From Alphaproteobacteria bacterium (GTDB lineage: Bacteria; Pseudomonadota; Alphaproteobacteria; MPNO01), in NCBI GenBank assembly GCA_965248835.1, contig CBDFLJ010000002.1:1280001-1344000 (forward strand): a stretch of DNA of 64,000 bases. The letters run 5' to 3'. The translations under genes were made by a program, and so were the position numbers. How positions within the stretch are numbered: position 1 is the stretch's first letter; the number at the start of each line of letters is the position of its first letter. The notes below the pieces were generated by a model. The model did not search any database and was not told the origin of the DNA. It saw only the letters and a program-made list of their open reading frames with translations. Positions 56,804-64,000 of the stretch are shown in pieces.

Positions 56804-58059
56804 GCGTTCGCGCGTTGCTGCGCCGGCGCGTGGCGGAATCGCGGGACCGGTTGATCGCCATGGCCGCCGGGTTGGTGCAGACTCCCAGCGCCAATCCGCC
56901 CGGCGATACCACGGCCATCGCCGCGGTCTGCGCCGACCTGCTCTCGGAGGTCGAGGGCATCGAGATCTCCTCCCATACGAAGGTCGAACCGATCACCAAC
57001 ATCGTTGCCGTCCTCAGGGGGGCCGCGCCGGGCCGGCGGTTGGTCTTCAATGGCCACCTGGACACCTACCCGGTGGGCGGTGCGGGCGGTTGGAGCGAGG
57101 ATCCTCTGTCCGGCGCGGTCCGCAGCGGCAGGCTCTACGGCCGCGGCGTCTCGGACATGAAGGGCGGGATCGCGTGCTCGATGCTCGCGCTGGCGCTGAT
57201 GGCCGAGTGCCGTGAGGCTTGGGCGGGCGAGCTGGTCATGACCTTGGCCGGCGACGAGGAGACCATGGGTACGGCGGGCAGCCAGTTTCTGATCGAGACG
57301 GTGCCTGAGGCGCGCGGGGATGCGGTGATCTGCGGCGATGCCGGCTCGCCGCGTGTGCTGCGCTTCGGCGAGAAGGGCATGTTGTGGCTCGATCTGGCGG
57401 CGGCCGGCAGGCCGGCGCACGGCGCCCACGTCCATCTCGGCAGCAACGCGATCGAGGCGCTGATGACCGGGCTCGCCCGCCTGCAGGCGCTGTCCGGAAT
57501 CGAGGTCGCGGCCCCGCCGGAGGTCACGGCGGCCATCGCGGCAGCCTCCTCGATCTCCGAGCCGATTTCCGGCACCGGCGAGACCGCGACCCTCGGCGCG
57601 GTGACGGTCAATATCGGCACCATCGAGGGCGGCCGCGCGGCCAATCTGGTCGCCGATGCGGCGTCCGCCCGGCTCGATCTGCGCATTCCGGCAGGGCTTA
57701 CCGCGGCTGCGCTGGAAGACCGGGTCGAGGCCGCGCTGGCGGATCTTCCGGGGATCAGCCACCGTGTCCGGCGGCGCTACGATCCGACCTGGACCGACCC
57801 CGGTCACGAGATCATCCGCCTGACCGCGGCCAGCGCCGCCGAGGTGCTGGGCACCGCGCCGGTGCTCACGATGCGCGTCGGCGCTTCGGACAGCCGGTTG
57901 TACAGGCTGGCCGGGATGCCTGCAGTGGTCTGCGGCCTCACCCCATACAACATGGGCGCCGCCGACGAGCACGTCACGCTCGACGAGTTGGAGGCGGTCG
58001 CCGCGATCCACACCCTGACAGCCTTCGACTTCCTGGCCGCTGATCAGAACAGCGTTTAA
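56800..58059 (+). CDS. M20/ArgE-DapE family metallo-amidohydrolase
   Basis: NGHLDT, GRGVSDMKGG, DEE, GEKG and ADEH metal-binding motifs; ATGA coupling to the permease. Confidence 0.88.
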   Translation: MSVRALLRRRVAESRDRLIAMAAGLVQTPSANPPGDTTAIAAVCADLLSEVEGIEISSHTKVEPITNIVAVLRGAAPGRRLVFNGHLDTYPVGGAGGWSEDPLSGAVRSGRLYGRGVSDMKGGIACSMLALALMAECREAWAGELVMTLAGDEETMGTAGSQFLIETVPEARGDAVICGDAGSPRVLRFGEKGMLWLDLAAAGRPAHGAHVHLGSNAIEALMTGLARLQALSGIEVAAPPEVTAAIAAASSISEPISGTGETATLGAVTVNIGTIEGGRAANLVADAASARLDLRIPAGLTAAALEDRVEAALADLPGISHRVRRRYDPTWTDPGHEIIRLTAASAAEVLGTAPVLTMRVGASDSRLYRLAGMPAVVCGLTPYNMGAADEHVTLDELEAVAAIHTLTAFDFLAADQNSV

Positions 58060-58072
58060 TCGGAGGCGGGGC

Positions 58073-58500
58073 TCAGAAGCGGAACAGGATCTCCGGCAGG
58101 TAGGTCGCCGTCCACGGGACGAAGGCGACGAGCGCCAGCGTGAGGAGCTGGATGACGACGAACGGCGCGACGCCTTTATACATGTCGGTATAGCTCATCT
58201 CGGGCGGCGCGATGGCCCGCAGGTAAAAGATCGACGGTGCCATCGGCGGAGTCAGGTAGGAGGTCTGCAGCGCCACGCACACCATCACCCCGAACCATAC
58301 CGGATCGATCTGGAAGGACTGGACCAGAGGATCGAAGATCGGCAGCGCGATCAGGAGACCGAGATCCAGTCCAGGATGAACCCGAGGATGAAGATGATGA
58401 TGACGCCGTTCGCCGTCAGATCGAAATCCTTGACCATCGCCTCGACCAGCGAGTCGCCGCCGACGATGATGAACACGCTGGCGAACATCACGCCGCCCAT
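58073..58500 (-). pseudogene. Truncated, frameshifted TRAP large permease (DctM) paralog
   Basis: Only the C-terminal third is present: GGVMFASVF..FILGFILDWISV, 1-nt frameshift at ~58356, then LIALPIFDP..QTSYLTPPMAPSIFYLR; clearly paralogous to the adjacent 58527..59849 gene. Confidence 0.85.
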
Positions 58501-58526
58501 CCGCGATCCGTATCCCAGGCGCGCCG

Positions 58527-59849
58527 TCAGAAACCGAAGAGGACCTCGGGCAGCCAAGTGGCCGTCGCCGGATAGAAAGCCACCATGCCGAGCGTCAGCA
58601 TCTGCGCCGCCACATAGGGCACCACCCCTCGATACATGTCTCCATAGGTCATTTCGCGAGGTGCGATCGATCGCAGATAGAAGATCGAGGGCGCCATCGG
58701 CGGGGTCAGATAAGACGTCTGCAAGACGATGCACACCATCACACCGAACCACAGCGGGTCGACGTCCGCGCCGCGAATAATGGGATCGGAGATGGGAAGC
58801 ACGATGATCAGAACCGAGATCCAGTCCAGGATGAAGCCCAGGATAAAGACCACCAGCAGGAACAGGAGGATGATCTCAAACTGGCCGAAATTGCGCCCCG
58901 ATATGAGGTCGGACACCAGGTCGCCGCCGCCGTGGATGATGAAGATACTGGCGAACAGAACACCGCCGACGACGATCAGCATGACCATCGAGGTGATCTT
59001 GATTGTCTGCGTCAGGGCTTTCAGAAGGACGTCGAAGGAAAACTTCCTGTAGACGATGCTCAACAGAACCGCGCCCGTCGCACCCACCGCCGCCGCCTCG
59101 GTCGGCGCCGCAATGCCGGCGAAAATGCTCCCGAGAACGGCGAGAACCAGGAGTGCGGCGGGGATCAACGCCGTCAGCGCGAGCCAAAGCTTTTCGCCGA
59201 TTGTGGCGTCGACCTCGGACGGATCGAGCCCGGGGCCCGCGTCCGGCTGGATCGCGCAGCGACCGATAATGTAGAGCAGGAACAGCGCGACCATGACGCC
59301 GGCGGGGATGACGATCCCGGCAAACAGGTCGCCGACGGACATTTCCGTGATCGAAGCGTAGACGATGATCACCACCGAGGGCGGGATCGTGGTGCCGAGC
59401 GAGCCGCCCGCGCACACTGTCCCCGCGGCCAGATCCTTGCGGTACCCCGCTTCCATCATCGCCGGCACGGCCATCAGCCCGACCACGATCTCCACCGCGC
59501 CGACGACGCCCGAAGAAGCCGCGAAGATGCCGCACATCACGATGGTGGTAATGGCGAGCCCGCCGCGGAACGCCCCGAACCAGACCTTGATGGCGTTGAA
59601 CAGCTGGGCCGCGATGCCGGCGCGCTCCAGCATCGCACCCATGAACACGAAGAGCGGGATCGCGGCCAGGATGAAGTTGGACGTAACGTCGTACATCCGG
59701 CTGTGAAACTGGATCGGCAGGTTCATCCCGTAGGCGAATATGCCAAAAATGAAGGCCGTCCCGATCAGGCTGAACGCTACCGGTATTCCCGCGAATACCA
59801 GCATGAACAGGAACGGGAACATGAAGACGGCGAGCGAGATGTCACCCAT
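58527..59849 (-). CDS. TRAP transporter large permease DctM
   Basis: AIPLFVFMG, GGSLGTTIPPS, PTEAAAVG and LTPP motifs. Confidence 0.92.
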   Translation of the reverse strand: MGDISLAVFMFPFLFMLVFAGIPVAFSLIGTAFIFGIFAYGMNLPIQFHSRMYDVTSNFILAAIPLFVFMGAMLERAGIAAQLFNAIKVWFGAFRGGLAITTIVMCGIFAASSGVVGAVEIVVGLMAVPAMMEAGYRKDLAAGTVCAGGSLGTTIPPSVVIIVYASITEMSVGDLFAGIVIPAGVMVALFLLYIIGRCAIQPDAGPGLDPSEVDATIGEKLWLALTALIPAALLVLAVLGSIFAGIAAPTEAAAVGATGAVLLSIVYRKFSFDVLLKALTQTIKITSMVMLIVVGGVLFASIFIIHGGGDLVSDLISGRNFGQFEIILLFLLVVFILGFILDWISVLIIVLPISDPIIRGADVDPLWFGVMVCIVLQTSYLTPPMAPSIFYLRSIAPREMTYGDMYRGVVPYVAAQMLTLGMVAFYPATATWLPEVLFGF

Positions 59850-60393
59850 GGGACGACGCCGGAATGTCTTCGGAGGGGTGCTCTAGCGGCGAGGGCCCCA
59901 GGTTCAGAACGCTACGCCAGTGGCGGATGAATTCCGCGATCGATTGAAGCGTCAATGAGGCAAAGCCGATCAGAATCCCGGCATAGAGCGGCCAGAGCAG
60001 CGGCTTCCAGGGACTGACCGGCTCAAGCTGTCCCGTCAGAAAGGCCTTCAGCCATCCGCTATAGGCGCCGATAATCAGGCAGATCAGCGCCGGAAAAACC
60101 AGGAACAGATAGACGAACAGGTTGATCAGATCCTGGTTCCTGCGCTTGAAGCGTGTCGACAAGAAGTCGATCCGGATATGGCCGTTTCGGCGCAGCGTGT
60201 AACCGGCAGCGAAAAGAAAGCCGGCGCCGTTCAACATGTAGGCGATGTCGTAAGCCCAAAGCGTCGGCGCCGAAAAAACCCGCCGCGAAACCACCTCGTA
60301 CAACATGTCGCCGATCATCACGACGAGAAACACCATCGCGATGCCGCCGAGGACATCGTTGATGCGATCGATCGCGCGCAGAACTGAGGTCAC
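59842..60393 (-). CDS. TRAP transporter small permease DctQ
   Basis: Four hydrophobic segments; EVVSR, PTLWA and HIRID motifs. Confidence 0.9.
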   Translation of the reverse strand: MTSVLRAIDRINDVLGGIAMVFLVVMIGDMLYEVVSRRVFSAPTLWAYDIAYMLNGAGFLFAAGYTLRRNGHIRIDFLSTRFKRRNQDLINLFVYLFLVFPALICLIIGAYSGWLKAFLTGQLEPVSPWKPLLWPLYAGILIGFASLTLQSIAEFIRHWRSVLNLGPSPLEHPSEDIPASSHG

Positions 60394-60414
60394 GATGGAT
60401 TCGGGGCAGAAAGG

Positions 60415-60447
60415 GCGCGTGGGGCCGAGGATTCGCCCCCGCGCGCG
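60415..60447. repeat. Intergenic hairpin between dctP and dctQ
   Basis: GCGCGTGGGGC...GCCCCGCGCGC imperfect inverted repeat, typical mRNA-stabilising stem after a binding-protein gene. Confidence 0.45.
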
Positions 60448-60465
60448 CTCCCGTCTCCTGTCGGC

Positions 60466-61548
60466 CTAGTTATGCCGATAGATACCGTACTTCTGGAACC
60501 GGTCGTAGAAGCCCCAGTAGGAGCTCGAGGCCCGGGCCATCCAGGGATTACCCTTGGCGGTCTGCTTCTTGGCCTGCTGTTCCGACCACATGCGGCCAAG
60601 CTCCTCGATCTTCTTCTGGGCGGCCTCGTCGAGCGTGATCCAGGTATTCCTGCCCGCCTGCAGCTTCTTCATCGCATCGAGATCCTGGACGCCGAGCTGC
60701 AGCGCCGATTGAACGCCCGAATAAATGGCGGCCGCATTCATCTGCTCCCTGATCAGCTTGGGAAGCTTGTTCCAGACTTCCAGCTTGAAGACCGCTTCGT
60801 TCATGTGCGAGGGATTGTGGATCCCCGGCATGATGATGTACTTGGCGATCTTGTGGAACCCGACCTTGATGTTGGTCGCCGGCGTGATGAACTCGGTCGC
60901 GTCGATCACGCGCCGCTCGAGCGCCGTGTAGATGTCTGCGGGCGGAATCACCGTCGCCGAAGCCCCGACCATCTTGAGGATATCGGCCCAGGGGCCCGCG
61001 GTCCGGATCTTCATGCCTTTGAGGTCGGCGATGCTTCTGACCGGCTTGTGCGAATGCAGGAAGAACTCGGTCGAACCCATGCCGGTGACAAGCGGATGTA
61101 GCTGCTGGGTTTCGTGCCGGAAGTCCTCCAGGAGCTTGGTGCCGTCGGCGGCGATGTACCAATGCATGAACTCTTCCAACGGCATGCCGCCGACCATCCC
61201 GCCGAAAATTCCGTTCGCCGGGTCGGTGTTGACCGCGAAACCGGGATAGTTGTAGGCGACGTCGGCCGTACCCTTTTGCACGGCTTCCCAAGCGTCGAAG
61301 GGACCGGCGATGACACCGACGCTGAAGCCCTTGATCTTGACCTCGCCGCCGGTAAAGAGCGCCACCGCATCGACGAAACGCTGCATATAGTTGTTCCACG
61401 TCCCCGATTTGAGCGGGACGTAGGACGTCATCTTGAACGTGTATTTCTGCGCTTGCGCCGGGCTGACGACCTGCGGCGCCGTCATGCCGAGGGCAAGAAC
61501 CACGGCCGCGACACCGATCGCTCTCGTACGCCATCGTCTCAACATCAT
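60466..61548 (-). CDS. TRAP solute-binding protein DctP (TakP-like)
   Basis: GGAGG RBS; signal peptide ending AQA; DLKGMKIR and IYTALERRVIDATE motifs. Confidence 0.88.
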   Translation of the reverse strand: MMLRRWRTRAIGVAAVVLALGMTAPQVVSPAQAQKYTFKMTSYVPLKSGTWNNYMQRFVDAVALFTGGEVKIKGFSVGVIAGPFDAWEAVQKGTADVAYNYPGFAVNTDPANGIFGGMVGGMPLEEFMHWYIAADGTKLLEDFRHETQQLHPLVTGMGSTEFFLHSHKPVRSIADLKGMKIRTAGPWADILKMVGASATVIPPADIYTALERRVIDATEFITPATNIKVGFHKIAKYIIMPGIHNPSHMNEAVFKLEVWNKLPKLIREQMNAAAIYSGVQSALQLGVQDLDAMKKLQAGRNTWITLDEAAQKKIEELGRMWSEQQAKKQTAKGNPWMARASSSYWGFYDRFQKYGIYRHN

Positions 61549-61676
61549 CGAAAAGCCTCCCACTAGCGATATGCTGGTTCGTTGGTTCCGACCGATACTA
61601 GCCATGCGGCTCCGGTTGGCCAAGGGGAAGAATTCCCGACGCGGAGACCGCACCGCAACGCCGGCTCCACGCCCGC

Positions 61677-62990
61677 TCAGTCCATCAGGCGGGGCAGCCA
61701 GAGCACGATCGACGGGAAGGCGATCATCGCCGCCATCACAATGACGTTCAGCCCGACGAACGGCAGCGCCGCCCGGTAGATGTCGTTGATCGTGGTGCTG
61801 GCCGAGGCGATGCCTTTCATGACGAACAGCGACAGCCCGAACGGCGGCGAGATCGTCGCCATCTCCAGGTTGAGCACCATGATCGCGCCGAACCACACCG
61901 GGTCCCAACCCATCGCCGCGACGATCGGCATGAATATCGGGATGGTGACCATGACGATCGAGGTCTGTTCGATGAACATGCCGAGAAAGATCACGACGAG
62001 CTGCATCAGGATCAGCAGCATGATCGGATCGATCGCCGTGTCGATCGCAAGGCGGGTGATCGCCGGCGTCACGCCGGAGAAGCTCAGAAGCTGGCCGAAG
62101 GCGGCCGAGCCGGTCAGGATCACCAGCACCATCACCGACAACGAGGTCGCCGAGCCGATCGCCTTCTTCGCCACCTCCCAGCCCAGTTGCCCGTAGCACG
62201 CCGCGACCACGAAGCTCATCAGTGCACCCACTGCCGCGGCCTCGGTCGGCGTGGCGATGCCGAGAAACATCGTGCCGATCACCAACATGACGATCGACAG
62301 CGGCGGCAGCACGTAGCGCACGGTCTCGCGCAACCGGTTGACCAGCGGCACCGGCTCGACCACATAGGCCGGCGCGAGAGAGGGCTGCAGCCGGCAGCGG
62401 ATGACGATGTAGGTGACGTAGACCACAGCCAGCAGCAGCCCCGGCACGATGATGCCGATGAGAAGCTTGCCGACCGAGAACCGCCCGAGCGAGGCGACGA
62501 TCACCGCCAACGCGCTCGGCGGGATCAGGATCGCCAGCGAGCCGCTGGCGAGGATCGGCCCCAGCGACATCGACTTCGCATAGCCCCGCCGTTCCATGTC
62601 CGGAGCAAGGGTTGAGCCAAGCATGGCGACGCTGCCCATGGCAACACCGGTCAGCGTCGCAAACAGCGCACCGGCGCCCACCGCGAGCACGGCCAGACGC
62701 CCGGCGATGCGTCCGAGCCAGTGGTCGAGCACGTCGATCATCCGGTAGGCGACCCCGGAATGGAACATCACCGATCCCATGAGGATGAACATCGGCAGCG
62801 GCACCAGCACGAAGGTCGAGACCGAGCTGTCGACGCTTAGGACAAGCTGGTTCAGCCCCATCGCGCCGCCCCAGAACACATAGACGCCGACCAGGTTGAC
62901 CAGCATGAAGGCAAAGGCGACCGGCAGCCCGATCAGCAGCAGCACGCCGAGCCCGCCGAAGAAGAAGACCAGGTAGGCTGACCACTCCAT
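61677..62990 (-). CDS. TRAP transporter large permease DctM
   Basis: PLPMFILMG, GSLAILIPPS, TPTEAAAVG and SPPFG motifs. Confidence 0.92.
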   Translation of the reverse strand: MEWSAYLVFFFGGLGVLLLIGLPVAFAFMLVNLVGVYVFWGGAMGLNQLVLSVDSSVSTFVLVPLPMFILMGSVMFHSGVAYRMIDVLDHWLGRIAGRLAVLAVGAGALFATLTGVAMGSVAMLGSTLAPDMERRGYAKSMSLGPILASGSLAILIPPSALAVIVASLGRFSVGKLLIGIIVPGLLLAVVYVTYIVIRCRLQPSLAPAYVVEPVPLVNRLRETVRYVLPPLSIVMLVIGTMFLGIATPTEAAAVGALMSFVVAACYGQLGWEVAKKAIGSATSLSVMVLVILTGSAAFGQLLSFSGVTPAITRLAIDTAIDPIMLLILMQLVVIFLGMFIEQTSIVMVTIPIFMPIVAAMGWDPVWFGAIMVLNLEMATISPPFGLSLFVMKGIASASTTINDIYRAALPFVGLNVIVMAAMIAFPSIVLWLPRLMD

Positions 62991-62996
62991 CGCCGC

Positions 62997-63533
62997 TCAG
63001 TCCCCGCCCGTGGCCGGCGCGGCATCGAGCGTGCGGACCAGCCTACGGATGAACTCCAGACCGAGGCAGAGGCAGCCGAGTGGAATGACCACGAGGTTGA
63101 TGGCCCTTGGCATCTCGATCTCGGCAGGAATGCGGATGCCGCGCTGGATCGAGGAGATCACCTCGAGCGTGCCGAACAAGGCCAGAACGAGGCAGACCGC
63201 GGCTCCCAGAAACGAGGTCAGGATCAACAAACGGCGGCGGACCGCCGGGCCAAGCCCGCCGACGACCAGATCGAGCGTGACGTGCTCGTCCCGGCGCAGA
63301 ACCCACGCCGCGCCGAGGAACGCGATATAGAGCAGCATCGTCCCGCTGATCTGGTCGATCCCGATCAGCCCTTCGCGGAAGCCGTAGCGGAAGACGACCT
63401 TGACCGTGGTCATCACCATCACCGCGATCAGCAGCGCAGCGGCGAGCACCGCCCCGGCGTTGACGGCGTGGTCGAAGACCGCCAACGCGCGCCGGCCAAG
63501 ACCGCGCGCTGGGATGCGGCGGTGCCGGCTCAT
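62997..63533 (-). CDS. TRAP transporter small permease DctQ
   Basis: Four hydrophobic segments; VVFRY and FLGAAWVLRRDEHVTLD motifs. Confidence 0.88.
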   Translation of the reverse strand: MSRHRRIPARGLGRRALAVFDHAVNAGAVLAAALLIAVMVMTTVKVVFRYGFREGLIGIDQISGTMLLYIAFLGAAWVLRRDEHVTLDLVVGGLGPAVRRRLLILTSFLGAAVCLVLALFGTLEVISSIQRGIRIPAEIEMPRAINLVVIPLGCLCLGLEFIRRLVRTLDAAPATGGD

Positions 63534-63589
63534 CGGTGATTTCCGCCGAACACGCGGACGAAGGTGCCGCCGGCACCTCGGCTCAGGGT

Positions 63590-64000
63590 CTAGTTGTGGC
63601 CCAGAAGGCGTCTCGCGGTCGCGTAGTCATCGGCCTTCATCACCGACTTGAAGTGCGCCCACAACGAATCGTTGGCGGTCGAACGCCAGCGCTTGGTCTC
63701 TTCGGGCGAGAACCTGACCAGCTTCATACCGCCCTTGAGCATGCCATTGAGCTGGGTCGCCTGGTAAGCGGAAACCCAGCCTTGCGACCAGGCCTGGGTC
63801 TTGGCCACCGCCTGATAGACCAACGTCTGCACTTCGCGCGGCAGCTTGTTCCATTTGGCGAGGTTCATCTTGACGCTGATGCCGTCGCGATAGAGCGGGT
63901 GATGGATGACGAACTTGGAGACCTTCTCCCAGCCGAAGGCGGTAAAGCCGTCATAGAACGGCCAGGTGAAGCCCTCCACGGTGCCGCGGTCGAGCGCCAG
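63590..64000 (-). CDS. TRAP solute-binding protein DctP (5' part outside window)
   Basis: ALDRGTVEG and MNLAKWNKLPREVQ motifs; directly upstream of dctQ-dctM. Confidence 0.85.
   Translation of the reverse strand: MALDRGTVEGFTWPFYDGFTAFGWEKVSKFVIHHPLYRDGISVKMNLAKWNKLPREVQTLVYQAVAKTQAWSQGWVSAYQATQLNGMLKGGMKLVRFSPEETKRWRSTANDSLWAHFKSVMKADDYATARRLLGHN

Noticed and set aside
61549-62985. Apparent 839-aa DctP with a huge N-terminal extension
   Set aside because: It overlaps dctM in another frame; an RBS and signal peptide define the start at 61548.
1-64000. CRISPR arrays, tRNA/rRNA genes, transposases, integrases, prophage genes, intein in dnaE
   Set aside because: No regularly spaced repeats, RNA-gene signatures or mobile-element ORFs were seen; DnaE has normal length with contiguous motifs.

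Overview
GC-rich (roughly two-thirds G+C) alphaproteobacterial chromosome segment, Rhodospirillales-like in gene order. It is mostly core housekeeping: ppiD-trpDC-moaC-moeA-lexA, comEC, gltX-gltA, gloA, fabZ-skp-bamA-rseP-dxr-cdsA-uppS-frr-pyrH-tsf-rpsB, dnaE, lolD/lolCE, proS, a BMP-type nucleoside ABC transporter, tag, rnj-coaX-birA and a complete nuoA-N operon, followed by a cluster of TRAP/TAXI transporters and an M20 hydrolase. Two signals are hidden from the ORF track. (1) The lipid A genes of the bamA-skp-lpxD-fabZ-lpxA-lpxI-lpxB cluster have decayed in place. lpxD is a deleted, frameshifted, stop-interrupted relic, and lpxA and lpxB survive only as short N- and C-terminal scars in 279 bp. 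fabZ, skp, bamA and lolCDE are intact, which points to a diderm that may have lost LPS. (2) An AhpD/CMD-like gene between lolD and dnaE has an in-frame TGA in its CxxC motif (C-F-Y-TGA-T-T-G-H). A SECIS-like hairpin and 126 more in-frame codons follow, so it is a probable selenoprotein split into two ORFs. comEC (1-nt frameshift) and a duplicate dctM (deleted and frameshifted) are also broken. No rRNA, tRNA, CRISPR array or mobile element was seen. All product calls come from motif recognition and synteny; no database searches were run.
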